From positions 20,770,001-20,834,000 of the forward strand of contig NC_043006.1 of the NCBI RefSeq assembly GCF_006345805.1: DNA of 64,000 nucleotides, in the 5' to 3' direction. Shown piece after piece: positions 55,401 through 63,839 of the stretch (within the stretch, counting starts at the first letter, position 1; each line of letters opens with the position of its first letter). The notes below the pieces were generated by a model. It did no database searches. It was not told the origin of the DNA and worked only from the letters and a program-made list of their open reading frames with translations. Origin of the DNA: Octopus sinensis. Taxonomy: Eukaryota. A program made the translations under genes and the position numbers.

Positions 55401-56012
55401 TTTTGATTGGGTTTTGGATAGAAAATTCACAAAAAAGTCACTTCTATTGATTTTTTAATGGCTTTGTTGGGTGACTGGGGAAATGTAAAGATGTGCATAG
55501 CCACCCTTGGACGGTTTTGAATGACCATAGAAAGTGCTAGCCCTCTAACTGAAAAATTGTGGATTTGTATAAAGGGCACACACACAGACATTTTGCCGTT
55601 TATATATATAGAGAGATGATAATAATAATAATAATAATAATATAATAATAATAATAATAACTAGCACTATGACCCGGCAACGCATATACATGCATATACA
55701 GCTGCGTGCGTGCGCACATTCACGCGAGTACTGTCCAAATCTCCGACCGATCACATACAGCTAGCTGGCATTCAATTAGCGTATCAAGTTTTGGGCATTT
55801 TGATTGGGTTTTGGATAGAAAATTCACAAAAAAGTCACTTCTATTGATTTTTTAATGGCTTTGTTGGGTGACTGGGGAAATGTAAAGATGTGCATAGCCA
55901 CCCTTGGACGGTTTTGAATGACCATAGAAAGTGCTAGCCCTCTAACTGAAAAATTGTGGATTTGTATAAAGGGCACACACACAGACATTTTGCCGTTTAT
56001 ATATATAGAGAG

Positions 56013-56053
<41 letters not shown>

Positions 56054-56556
56054 CCTTTCTAATATAGCACAAGGCCTGAAATTTTGAGGGAGAGGTTAAA
56101 TTAATTACATCGATTCCAGTGCTCAACTGGTACTTAATTTATCAGCTCTGAAAGGATGAAAGGCAGTTGACATCCCATCTTGGTTTGTTAATGTTCCAGT
56201 AACTTGGTAGTTTGGCAAAAAGACACTGATAGAATAAGAACCGGGCTTTAAAAAAAATAAGTACTGCAGTTGACCTGTTCAACTAAAAGACCCTTCAAGA
56301 TAAAAATATATGTGTGTGCGTGCATGTACACATGCAAAATCTGCTTCAACAAATTCAGTCTGATCCGAACAAACATGGAAAAGTGGGCTTAAAATGATGA
56401 TGATGATAATGATGAAACTTTTACCTTCTCTCCTGCAGACACTGACATGGCCCTCAGCTCATTTAGCTGTCGTTCCAAGCGTTCAATGTTCAATTCCTGC
56501 CGAGAGAAGTTCTTCCTTGCAGGGGATTCCAGTTGTGGAATTGTCATTTCATTCTC
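2411..56556 (-). CDS. CSPP1: CSPP1-like (centrosome and spindle pole associated protein 1) gene, partial; 18 coding exons, 2196 nt, 732 codons
   Basis: 18 exons read by eye, all flanked by AG/GT. Phases chain without a frameshift (0-0-0-2-0-1-2-2-2-1-2-0-2-1-0-0-0-0-0). Motif order ([57 protein letters not shown], coiled coil, SPPVPAL) matches my recollection of vertebrate CSPP1. Start and stop codons not identified in the window. Confidence 0.88.
2767..3076. mobile_element. hAT-type MITE
   Basis: TIR-like ends CAGGGGTTCACAAC / GTTGAGAATCACTG; perfect 8-bp TSD ggttagat at 2759-2766 and 3077-3084. Confidence 0.85.
3939..3987 (-). ncRNA. Inverted second copy of the family-1 hammerhead, with A15.1>G
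   Basis: Reverse complement reads TTGTCA GTGAACA G GTCGC..GCGAT GAA GATATT T TGACAA. Confidence 0.5.
4012..4060 (+). ncRNA. Candidate minimal hammerhead ribozyme, family 1 (G3-C8 core)
   Basis: Helix I TTGTCA/TGACAA; core GTGAACA; extra G; helix II GTCGC/GCGAT; GAA; palindromic helix III AATATT; cleavage nucleotide T. Confidence 0.65.
4403..4920 (+). mobile_element. 5'-truncated RTE 3' UTR copy with hairpin array (representative of ~20 copies)
   Basis: Aligns to 23297-23727. Other + copies near 1-140, 890-1445, 18780-19400, 24830-25200, 26420-26610, 27400-27785, 38210-38425, 46425-46712, 59290-59695, 61540-61885, 62660-63010. Minus copies near 610-790, 4940-5320, 6840-7010, 16710-17200, 17740-18230, 27900-28330, 34785-35050. 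Confidence 0.85.
5643..5801 (-). CDS. CSPP1: CSPP1 exon Q ([16 protein letters not shown]...[12 protein letters not shown])
   Basis: Acceptor tgttttag|, donor |gtgagt; 159 nt, phase 0-0; coiled coil. Confidence 0.9.
5862..6090 (+). mobile_element. 3' fragment of an RLE-type LINE (R4/Dong-like)
   Basis: [40 protein letters not shown] across a frameshift; directly follows (AAT)n. Confidence 0.65.
6198..6541 (+). mobile_element. CR1-clade LINE 3' fragment with (TAAC)n tail
   Basis: [34 protein letters not shown]; near-identical to 41118-41532. Confidence 0.85.
7161..7940 (+). mobile_element. tRNA-derived SINE family B as one head plus four tandem ~184-bp bodies
   Basis: Units start near 7213, 7397, 7582 and 7766. 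Monomers at 5346-5570 +, 8410-8643 -, 36900-37125 -, 43947-44178 -, 47710-47952 -. Confidence 0.85.
8189..8338 (-). CDS. CSPP1: CSPP1 exon P ([19 protein letters not shown]...KKKKAKAEE)
   Basis: Acceptor tatcttag|, donor |gtaagt; 150 nt, phase 0-0; coiled coil. Confidence 0.92.
8688..9077 (+). mobile_element. tRNA-derived SINE family A with internal (TA)n(TG)n (representative)
   Basis: A/B-box-like head GGCTGTGTGGTAAG..GGGTTCAGTCC and CORE-like ACCTTGGGCAAGTG. Other copies: 28920-29320 -, 32860-33255 -, 35360-35757 +, 43685-44335 -, 46712-47012 -, 50540-50977 -, 51495-51882 -, 57625-58020 +, 60205-60587 -, plus partials. Confidence 0.85.
9987..12099 (+). mobile_element. 5'-truncated Tx1/L1-clade LINE: RT plus C-terminal zinc-finger domain
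   Basis: RT motifs [24 protein letters not shown]; C-terminal [15 protein letters not shown]. One frame runs 9989-11827 with a single TGA at 11369-11371. GC-rich compared with the host; 3' UTR ends in aataaaaaagaa. Confidence 0.9.
12745..13000 (-). mobile_element. 3' end of a second Tx1-like element (fragment)
   Basis: Minus strand ends tgtcccctcatccttcaccctggtggcaaataaaagaa, similar to the Tx1 3' end at 12040-12099. Confidence 0.4.
13983..14036 (-). CDS. CSPP1: CSPP1 exon O ([18 protein letters not shown])
   Basis: Acceptor ttcttag|, donor |gtattt; 54 nt, phase 0-0. Confidence 0.9.
14641..16278. repeat. AT-rich foldback element (~140-bp arms) interrupted by the mariner
   Basis: Left arm 14641-14781; right arm 14851-14917 plus 16206-16278; (TA)n on both sides. 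Confidence 0.8.
14918..16205 (-). mobile_element. Full-length decayed mariner (DD34D) transposon, 1288 bp
   Basis: TIRs CGAGGGGCGTTCAATAAGTAATGCC / GGCATTACTTATTGAACGTCCCTCG with TA on both sides. Transposase 16039>14991 in several frames: [31 protein letters not shown] (34 residues between the D's). Frameshifts and a stop present. Confidence 0.95.
16290..18340. repeat. Near-perfect 1029-bp tandem duplication bounded by (TA)n
   Basis: Identical ORFs offset by 1029 (16826/17855, 16875/17904); atcgaaataagc recurs at the same offset. Confidence 0.92.
16506..16692. repeat. 82-bp-arm inverted repeat, 23-nt loop (duplicated at 17535-17721; single arm near 9494-9570)
   Basis: 16506-16587 is the reverse complement of 16611-16692 apart from scattered mismatches. 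Confidence 0.85.
19431..19636 (-). CDS. CSPP1: CSPP1 exon N ([13 protein letters not shown]...[14 protein letters not shown])
   Basis: Acceptor tttttgaag|, donor |gtaagc; 206 nt, phase 1-0; ARG..G.FG.P motif. Confidence 0.92.
20200..23727 (+). mobile_element. Near-full-length decayed RTE-clade LINE (APE + RT) with 3' UTR and (GAT)n tail
   Basis: APE: [33 protein letters not shown]: [30 protein letters not shown]-terminal [24 protein letters not shown]. Multiple stops and frameshifts. Confidence 0.93.
24521..24618 (-). CDS. CSPP1: CSPP1 exon M ([32 protein letters not shown])
   Basis: Acceptor tttaacag|, donor |gtatgt; 98 nt, phase 2-1; signature YNP[FW]G[RK]GGGGAPL[KR]D motif. Confidence 0.95.
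26717..26766 (-). CDS. CSPP1: CSPP1 exon L ([16 protein letters not shown])
   Basis: Acceptor tctctgcag|, donor |gtaagt; 50 nt, phase 0-2. Confidence 0.9.
29414..29546 (-). CDS. CSPP1: CSPP1 exon K ([21 protein letters not shown]...[10 protein letters not shown])
   Basis: Long pyrimidine tract then gaag|, donor |gtaaga; 133 nt, phase 2-0. Confidence 0.88.
30040..30990. repeat. Degenerate ~32-bp minisatellite (ggtttaattgaaggttaatgttgatggaga-like), interrupted by a SINE
   Basis: Core taattgaagg recurs more than 12 times. Confidence 0.8.
30117..30506 (+). mobile_element. tRNA-derived SINE family C with 11-bp TSD
   Basis: Head GGCGCAATGGCCCAGTGGTTAGGGCAG..GGTTTCGATTCCC; TSD taaagttggtg at 30106-30116 and 30507-30517. 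Other copies 3253-3630 +, 39405-39700 +, 57110-57290 -. Confidence 0.88.
31036..31422 (+). mobile_element. tRNA-derived SINE family C with 11-bp TSD
   Basis: TSD aactccaacat at 31025-31035 and 31423-31433; near-identical to 30117-30506. Confidence 0.88.
31467..31533 (-). CDS. CSPP1: CSPP1 exon J ([21 protein letters not shown])
   Basis: Acceptor atttctag|, donor |gtaagt; 67 nt, phase 1-2, the exon needed to reconcile the flanking phases. Confidence 0.85.
33518..33609 (-). CDS. CSPP1: CSPP1 exon I ([30 protein letters not shown])
   Basis: Acceptor tttcaacag|, donor |gtcagt; 92 nt, phase 2-1; DDAYRFYG resembles the CSPP1 D..YYYYG motif. Confidence 0.87.
33665..33830. repeat. Degenerate ~29-bp minisatellite (gtctaacaagg..tctat..cagaa)
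   Basis: 5-6 units visible. Confidence 0.65.
34005..34042 (+). ncRNA. Candidate minimal hammerhead ribozyme, family 2 (CUGUCGA core)
   Basis: Helix I TCTTT/AAAGA; core CTGTCGA; extra A; helix II GAG/CTC; GAA; ACAT (likely decayed ACGT); cleavage nucleotide A. Confidence 0.5.
34348..34491 (-). CDS. CSPP1: CSPP1 exon H ([12 protein letters not shown]...[11 protein letters not shown])
   Basis: Acceptor atttcag|, donor |gtaagt; 144 nt, phase 2-2. Confidence 0.85.
37210..37317 (-). CDS. CSPP1: CSPP1 exon G ([35 protein letters not shown])
   Basis: Acceptor tttctaaag|, donor |gtaata; 108 nt, phase 2-2. Confidence 0.85.
38450..38540 (-). CDS. CSPP1: CSPP1 exon F ([29 protein letters not shown])
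   Basis: Acceptor ggacag|, donor |gtaagt; 91 nt, phase 1-2; YREEL..QI.EK repeat typical of the CSPP1/CCDC66 family. Confidence 0.9.
40345..40755. repeat. Three tandem 134-bp SINE-derived units
   Basis: aggaattgaa at 40431, 40565 and 40699. Confidence 0.85.
41118..41532 (+). mobile_element. CR1-clade LINE 3' fragment
   Basis: [35 protein letters not shown], then a (TTAAC)n tail. Confidence 0.88.
42803..42849 (-). ncRNA. Degenerate minimal hammerhead, family 3 (left arm, A9>G)
   Basis: Reverse complement reads GACAC CTGATGG A GGCTG-loop-CAGCC GAA ACAT T GTGTT. Confidence 0.5.
43308..43353 (+). ncRNA. Degenerate minimal hammerhead, family 3 (right arm)
   Basis: GACAC CTGATGA A GGCTG-loop-CAGC GAA ATGAT T GTGTT; one C missing from helix II. 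Confidence 0.5.
43453..43627 (-). CDS. CSPP1: CSPP1 exon E ([11 protein letters not shown]...EDTYATLPL)
   Basis: Acceptor ttcttgttag|, donor |gtcagt; 175 nt, phase 0-1. Confidence 0.85.
45100..45250 (-). CDS. CSPP1: CSPP1 exon D ([16 protein letters not shown]...HPLDSKISP)
   Basis: Acceptor cttttttag|, donor |gtaaat; 151 nt, phase 2-0. Confidence 0.82.
45284..45709. mobile_element. MITE with 21-bp TIRs and 8-bp TSD (Merlin-like), containing TTAGGG-type repeats
   Basis: GGATCTTTTCGGTTTGAACGG / CCGTTCAAACCGAAAAGATCC; flanks gctattat and gatattat (7/8 identical). Confidence 0.8.
45835..46135 (-). mobile_element. tRNA-derived SINE family D (also 39715-40040, 36450-36590, 42240-42545, 14330-14500)
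   Basis: Minus strand: tRNA-like head plus GTTGTGTCCTTGAGCAAGACACTT core, then the same 3' body as family C. Confidence 0.7.
49650..49789 (-). CDS. CSPP1: CSPP1 exon C ([16 protein letters not shown]...RSRDEPSTS)
   Basis: Acceptor tatcccag|, donor |gtaatg; 140 nt, phase 0-2, fits the next exon. Confidence 0.82.
51948..52115 (-). CDS. CSPP1: CSPP1 exon B (LNSQRQ...[28 protein letters not shown])
   Basis: Acceptor tgtttag|, donor |gtaagt; 168 nt, phase 0-0; CSPP1-type GEY..KKKL..EL..DY motif. Confidence 0.9.
52643..52757. repeat. Near-perfect 46/47-bp inverted repeat; a second ~50-bp inverted pair at 52845-52895 / 53013-53060
   Basis: aaatcgctattttccacaaagaatatgttctcaaat.. mirrored with a single indel. 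Confidence 0.8.
53290..55010 (+). mobile_element. Older, internally deleted RTE LINE copy
   Basis: Fragments collinear with 20200-23727 (APE start, [25 protein letters not shown]) and a related 3' end. Confidence 0.85.
56425..56556 (-). CDS. CSPP1: CSPP1 exon A ([44 protein letters not shown])
   Basis: Acceptor tttaag|, donor |gtaaaa; 132 nt, phase 0-0, open frame; no recognisable homology motif. Confidence 0.7.
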
Positions 56557-57771
56557 CTTAAATTTGCAATTACAAACAAATGATTAATTAGTTTCATTAC
56601 AGTTTATCAACATTACGTTTGGTTGAAAAGTATTTGAATATCATCAGCATAATAAGTTAATTAACCAAGATGTTTATCAAAGGATACAGGTTCAAATTCA
56701 AGCATGCTTCTTCTGAGATTTACTTTTTTTAAATCTCTGTTGTGCTAGGTTAACCCCGGACAGACCTAAGTGCATAGACCAATGACCAAAAGCATTCCAC
56801 TAATGACTAACCCACCTTTCCATATATTTTGGATAGTGCCTATCAACTTCTTTGATTTCATAGTGGCCCAGAAGATGAAATAAAAAAATTACTGGCACAC
56901 ATTGTTATGGAATGTATTTTAAAAAGTCATATTTTAAAGATAAAAATAAAGGAAAAAATACAAACAAATATTACATCTTTCTTATCACGGATCACGGGAC
57001 CGACCAGACCATCAGATGTTGTTACACATCGCTGGTCACAATGCGTTCGCATTGTTTTAGCCTTTGAATGACGCCACCCTGCTGGCTAAGCAAGCAGGCC
57101 AACAGAAGAAAGAGAGGGAGAAAGAGTGGTGAAAGAGTACAGCAGGGATCACCACCCCCTGCCGGAGCCTCGTGGAGCTTTTTAGGTGTTTTCGCTCAAT
57201 AAACACTCACAACGCCCGGTCTGGGAATCGAAACCGCGATCCTGCGACCGCGGGTCCGCTGCCCTAACCACTAGGCCATTGCGCCTCCACACATCTTTCT
57301 TATATTAAGGGTAAAGATCCCCTTTCGTCATGAATGACCATGGGATTGCACCTAGAAAGTTACCCTCCAAGGTACGAATCCAGGCAAGATTGTTTTTGTG
57401 GAAGAAGGCCAGTAGTCGCCCATGCATGCCAGGCTCCCCTCTCCATGCCATCGATGTTATCCAAAGAAAAGGCAAAGGCCCCTACCGTGTGCCACCAGTG
57501 ATGTTACAACTTATTTTAACAGCTGAGTGAACTGGTCTGGGAATTAAATCCACTGCCTCATGACTTGTGAGCCTGACACTCTAACTACTGATCCACACAC
57601 CTTCACGTTATATTAATTATATTGTGTGGTAAGTAGCTTGCTTACCAACCACATGGTTCCGGGTTCAGTCCCACTGCGTGGCACCTTGGGCAAGTGTCTT
57701 CTACTATAGCCTCGGGCCGACCAAAGCCTTGTGAGTGGATTTGGTAGACGGAAACTGAAAGAAGCCCATCG

Positions 57772-57808
<37 letters not shown>

Positions 57809-57829
57809 TGTGTGTCTGTGTTTGTGTGT

Positions 57830-58610
57830 CTGTGTTTGTCCCCCCAACATCGCTTGACAACCGATGCTGGTGTGATTGCGTCTCTGTAACTTAGCGGTTC
57901 GGCAAAAGAGACCGATAGAATAAGTACTAGGCTTCTAAGGAATAAGTCCTGGGGTCGATTTGCTCGACTAAAGGCGGTGCTCCAGCATGGCCGCAGTCAA
58001 ATGATTGAAACAAGTAAAAAAAGACTAATAATGGTGCAGTCATGGCTAAGTGGCTAAGAATCTTACTTTGCAGCGAAATGGCTTCAGGTTCAGTCCAACT
58101 GCATGGGTCCTTGAGCAAATGTCTTTTACTATAGCTTCATGCCTACCAATGCCTTGTGAGTGGATTTGGGAGAAGGAAAACTGTGAAGAAACCTGTTATA
58201 TGTATGTGTGTGTGTGTGTTTGTGTTTGTCCCCCCAACATCGCTTGACAACCGATGCTGGTGTGATTGCGTCTCTGTAACTTAGCGGTTCGGCAAAAGAG
58301 ACTGATAGAATAAGTACTAGGCTTCTAAGGAATAAGTCCTGGGGTCGATCTGCTCGACTAAAGGCGGTGCTCCAGCATGGCTGCAGTCAAATGATTGAAA
58401 CAAGTAAAAAAAGACTAATAATGGTGCAGTCATGGCTAAGTGGCTAAGAATCTTACTTTGCAGCGAAATGGCTTCAGGTTCAGTCCAACTGCATGGGTCC
58501 TTGAGCAAATGTCTTTTACTATAGCTTCATGCCTACCAACGCCTTGTGAGTGGATTTGGGAGAAGGGAAACTGTGAAGAAACCTGTTATATGTATGTGTG
58601 TGTGTGTGTG
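57830..58610. repeat. 390-bp tandem duplication with breakpoints in the (TG)n of SINE family A
   Basis: aagactaataatggtgcag at 58021 and 58411. Confidence 0.85.
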
Positions 58611-59693
58611 TGTGTGTGAGTGCTTGTTCCCCGCCACCACCACTTGACAACTGACAGTTTGTTCAGGCTCAGTCATCTAGCAGATCAGCAAAAGAGATCA
58701 ATAGAATGGATCCCCACCTTATAAAAAGATGAGTACTGGGGGGGGGGGTCAATTAGTGCGACTAAAATTTCAAGGCCCAATGAATGAAACAAGTGAAATT
58801 ATAACATTGTAGCAAAGATACATGGTTACCCCTTACATAATGTGGAGTAGCCATGTATCTCCACCACTGCAAGATATCAGTGTCTATCCATCTGCCTTTA
58901 GCCTCTCAACACCTAGTTTAAAGGCTTATTCCTATCTATGACATATCCCTCAGTAACTATGACCTCACTGGTACTGGTGACATGAAAAAGTAAATTCTGT
59001 AGAATGGTTGGTGTTAGGAAAGGCATCCAACCACAGAACCCATACCAAATCATGGATTCTGTTGAACTGTCTCACATATTCTTGTATTGAAGATCTGATG
59101 ACGATGACTTGTATCTCTTACCTTTTACTTTTTAAAGGCTGATACTTGTTCTATCAGTTGCTTTTGCTGAACTGCTAAGTTACAGGGATGTAAACTCACA
59201 AACACCAGTTGTCAAGTGGTGATGGTGGAAAATCACAGATATGAAGACACACAATCTGAAATAAAGTGTGTTGCTCACACACAGATATATATATATATAT
59301 GATACCAGTGCCAGTGACAAGTAAGCGAACCATCCGATCGTGGCCGTTGCCAGCGCCGCCCCGACTGGCCTCCGTGCCGGTGACACGTAAAAAGCACCAT
59401 CTGTTCGTGGCCGTTGCCAGCCTCACCTGGCCCCCGTGCCGGTGGCACGTAAAAGCACCATCCATTCGTGGCCGTTTGCCAGCTCCGTCTGGCTCCTGTG
59501 CGGGTGGCACGTAAAAAGCACCCACTACACTCGCGGAGTGGTTGGCGTTAGGAAGGCAATCCAGCCGTAGAAACACTGCCAGATCAGACTGGAGCCTGGT
59601 GCAGCCTCCTGGCTTCACAGACCCCAGTTGAACCATCCAACCCATGCTATCATGGAAAACGGACGCTAAATGATGATGATGATAATGATGATG

Positions 59694-59724
<31 letters not shown>

Positions 59725-60747
59725 GGGCTTCTTTCCATTTCCATCTACCAAATCCACTCACAAGGCTTTGGTCAGCCCAAGGGTCTAGTTGACACTTGCC
59801 AAAGGTTCCACACAGTGGGACTGAACCTGGAACCATGTGGTTGGGAAGTAAACTTCTGACCACACAGCCACGCCTGCACCTAACAAATTTTTAGGATAAC
59901 ATGTTTTTCAAGACGCTCAAGATTTAGTACAGATGTTCTAAAGCAATAAATTACATTTTTTAAAATCCTTGCAACACAATGGTGTACCATGGCATGATAG
60001 AAACATCTTGTTTAAAAGGGATTGAAATTAAAGCTTTATATCAAAATTTCATGCTAATTTGTGTCCCAAAACAGCAGTTTGATAATGAGACAGTTATTTT
60101 TTTTATTAAATTCTTTATTATTTTCAATAATAAATGAAACAAAAGCAGTATGGTAACAAAAGAGTTAAGAATCACTTAACTAAAATCCTGATACTACATT
60201 CTCTTTTACTTGTTCCAGTCATTTGACTGCGGCCATGCTGGAGCGTCTTTAGTCAAGCAAATCGACCCCAGGACTTATTCTTTGTAAGCCTGTACTTATT
60301 CTATCGGTCTCTTTTGCCGAACCGCTAAGTTATGGAACGTAAACACACCAGCATCGGTTGTCAAGTGATGTTGGGGGGACAAACACACACACATATATAT
60401 ATATATATACACATACATATATGCGACGGGCTTCTTTCAGTTTCTGTCTACCAAATCCACTCACAAGGCTTTGGTTGGCCTGAGGCTATAGTAGAAGACA
60501 CTTGCCCAAGGTGCCATGCGGTGGGATTGAACCCGGAACCATGTGGTTCGTAAGCAAGCTACTTACCACACAGCCACTCCTACGCCTAATATATCGTCTA
60601 ATATAGACTTCTTTCTTCTATTATTAAAGCGTGGAGGAAATTTGGCTGTTATTTCTAGCATGTTGAGTATCTGGGTAAAGGGTATATCATTGCATTGGTG
60701 TTTAGTCATTCTTTTGTAACTTGTGATTATAGTCATAATACTTTATC

Positions 60748-61167
60748 AGATCTTTGCGGTTTGAACAGCAGTTTTTTCTAGTGGTGTCATATGAAATAGT
60801 CACCCATAATTATGACCCTAGAATCGATCTATTGCATTTCAATCTGTTTTAGGGTTAGGATTAGGGGTGGGGGGAAGGGTATCTTTTTTTTTCTTCACAA
60901 ATGTAACTAAACCCAATCTGTTTGTTAAACGAGGGACATAGTCATACGGCACAGAATGTTGTTTACCTCAATGGACGTCAGTGATTGGTTGAAATTGCAG
61001 AAATTGAAGAAAAAAAAACAACAAATATCTTACAAACTATAGAATTTTCTCAATAAAGCCAAGAGAAAAAGATGTTTTATAAACACATTCTACCAGTATA
61101 CGAAGTTTAAAATTTTTTAGTTACCTAGAAATTATGTTAAAAACTGCCATTCAAACCGAAAAGATCC
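60748..61167. mobile_element. Second copy of the Merlin-like MITE
   Basis: Same TIRs and body; perfect TSD actttatc at 60740-60747 and 61168-61175. Confidence 0.82.
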
Positions 61168-62028
61168 ACTTTATCTCCTGCTTTTTCTTAGACAAACAGT
61201 AACTGTCCACTTTTCATGTCAACCTACCTTAATAATCTCCAAGAACTCTGCCCTATTAGCTAATAATTGTCAATGATATCTTTCATAAGTGTCCTTAGAT
61301 TGCAGAATTTTACTCAATCATTTTAAGTTTTTCAAATTTGAAACTTTACATCCACGTTTCTAAATACAGCAGAGAAAGATATATATTTATCATTCTTACT
61401 GCAAAATTAAATTTCTTGATTATTCTAGTGTTAGTGCTGCTGGACTGACTCCTGTGCAGGTGGCAAGTGCAGGTGGCAAGTAAGGAAACACTGTTTCGAT
61501 CCTGAGCTTGAGGAGACCTATTAAGTCAAGTACACCAACCTTAAAAACCAATGGAAATTGTAGTTGTGATCCCTGTGCCGATGGCACGTAAAAAGCACCA
61601 TCCGAACGTGGCCGATACCAGCGCCACCTTGACCGGCTTCCGTGCCGGTGGCACGTAAAAAGTACCAATCTGATCGTGGCCGTTGCCAGCCTCCCCTGGT
61701 ACCTGTGCCGGTGGCATGTAAAAAGCACCCACTACACTCACAGAGTGGTTGACGTGAGGAAGGGCATCCAGCCGTAGAAACACTGCCAGATCAGACTGGA
61801 GCCTGGTGCAGCCTTCTGGCTTCCCAGATTCCAGTTGAACCGTCCAACCCATGCTAGCATGGAGAACGACGTTAAATGATGATGGTGATGATTCTAGTAA
61901 TTATACTAAATGGTTACTGAAAAATAGAATTGGTATTTTCTGCAAGTCACAGGGTCTCAATACATTTGATACATCTCAAAAAAAAAAAAAAAAAGTTTCA
62001 AACATGACATTCTTCAACAAATGTCATA

Positions 62029-62424
62029 TCTTTATATATAAAAGTGAAGTTGTGTGTCTGTCTCCTACGATTTAGATTCCTAACTACTCCCACATTTTGC
62101 GGTGCAGTTTAACCAAAACCGGGTATCTTATAGTCATGATTCATATCAAGCCCTTCTGGGTATTAGCGCGCGTCTACGATGAGTCTACGATTTAAAAAAT
62201 TTACCATCATTTTTTTCCATTTTAATGCATTTTTTTCGCTATTATATAAGGGAAGTAACTCTCTAAAAATGTCTACGATGAGTCAACGATTTTTAAAAAG
62301 ATTTACCATAATTTTTCTTCCATTTTTAATGCATTTTTTTGCTATTTTTTGGCTATAACTCTCTAAAAATGCTTATATAGTTATTTCCCTTACAAACCCG
62401 AGCAACGCCATGCGATACTGCTAG
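62029..62424 (+). mobile_element. Non-autonomous Helitron-like element, family H1 (also 32403-32699 +, 38606-38980 -, 47968-48359 -)
   Basis: 5' TCTTTATATATAAAA; 3' ..GAGCAACGCC..GCGATACTGCTAG; inserted between A and T with no TSD. Confidence 0.72.
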
Positions 62425-63471
62425 TTAGTATATAAAACTGTTTTCTACCATTAAGGGTAATAACATTTTGAGCAGATATATATGATTTCATCATTAAAAG
62501 GGTTAAGAATTAAAATTATCAGTCGGGCACATTCCCTATCACACATTCCCCATGCAAACATTTAGTGAAAATTACAGAGAAATTCTTAAATTTGGATAAG
62601 TTTGAATACTCTGGGGGAGATAAAGAATTTGATATTTTAGAACTATCTAAGAATGGAAATCGATCAAAATCAAGGGAAATTGTAGTTGTGTTACCAGTAT
62701 CGGTGGTACGTAAGAGAACCATCGAAATTTGGCCATTGCCAAGCGCCGCCCCGACTGGCCTTCGTGCCAGTGGCACGTAAAAAGCACCATCCAATCATGG
62801 CCATTGCCAGTCTCATCTGGCACCTGTGCTGGTGGCATGTAAAAAGCACCCACTACACTCAGAGTGGTTGGCATTAGGAAGGACATCCAGCTGTAGAAAC
62901 ACTGCCCGATCAGACTGGAGCCTGGTGCAGCCTTCTGGCTTCCCAGATTCCAGTCAAACCGTCCAACCCGTGCTAGCATGGAAAACGGACGTTAAACGAT
63001 GATGATGATAACAGAAAGAAATAAAGAGGAACAACATTTTAAATCAGTTTTTAATCATGGCTGTCTCTCAGAGAAAAGACAATCATGCAACATTAGATTC
63101 CACAGCTCCCCAGGGTTATACAAACTTACCAAAACTTATTAACTAATTTGGTCATAAATTATTTGCTAACTTTGTGAATCATGAAACATGCATTTTCAGA
63201 ATAAGCTCATGTGATGGAAGGTGGAATGACTAACGATGCCATCTACTTTGCAGTTATGTAATAAGGAAATAATTATAATTTGCTTCAACATTTCTCCTTG
63301 TTTGTTTAACAAGATACCAGAGATTGAAATAGAAAGTTATTCTAATTGAAGTTGAAAGGAAACTAATAATATACATGTAAGCCAGAGCAAAGATTGTCTT
63401 AAGATTGTTGTAGTTTAGAACCGAGGGTGGTAAACCTGTGGCAGAATTACCTAATGATACACATAGGAACA

Positions 63472-63839
63472 TCTCTCTATATATAAATGGCAAAATGTCT
63501 GCATGTGTATCCTTTATACAAATCCACAATTTTTCAGTTAGAGGGCTCGCACTTTCTATGGTCATTCAAAACTGTCCAAGGGTAGTCGTGCACATCTTTA
63601 CATTTCCCCAGTCACCCTGCAAAGCCATTAAAAAATCAATAGAAGTGACTTTTTTGTGAATTTTCTATCCAAAACCCAATCAAAATGCCCGAAACTTGAT
63701 ATGCCAATTGAATGCCAGCTAGCTGTATGTGATTGGTCGGAAATTTGGACAGTACTTGCGTGTATGTGCGTGCGCACGCACGCAGCTGTATATGCATGCA
63801 CTAGCACTATGACCCAGCATTGCCGGGTTATAGTGCTAG
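63472..63839 (+). mobile_element. Non-autonomous Helitron-like element, family H2 (also 31588-31781 +, 50031-50370 +, 55261-55617 -, 55658-56012 -)
   Basis: 5' TCTCT..ATATATAAA; 3' GGGTTATAGTGCTAG; A|T insertion site; terminal inverted stem in this copy. Confidence 0.7.

Noticed and set aside
59310-59530. CRISPR-like appearance of the palindromic repeat array
   Set aside because: Eukaryotic context, no cas genes, and the intervening sequences are homologous between units and copies rather than unique spacers.
61227-61352. Possible upstream CSPP1 exon with AG/GT-like boundaries (also a donor-like site near 63127)
   Set aside because: At 61227-61352 all three frames contain stops; the 63127 site has only a short open frame. 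They could be UTR exons, but the sequence alone cannot support that.
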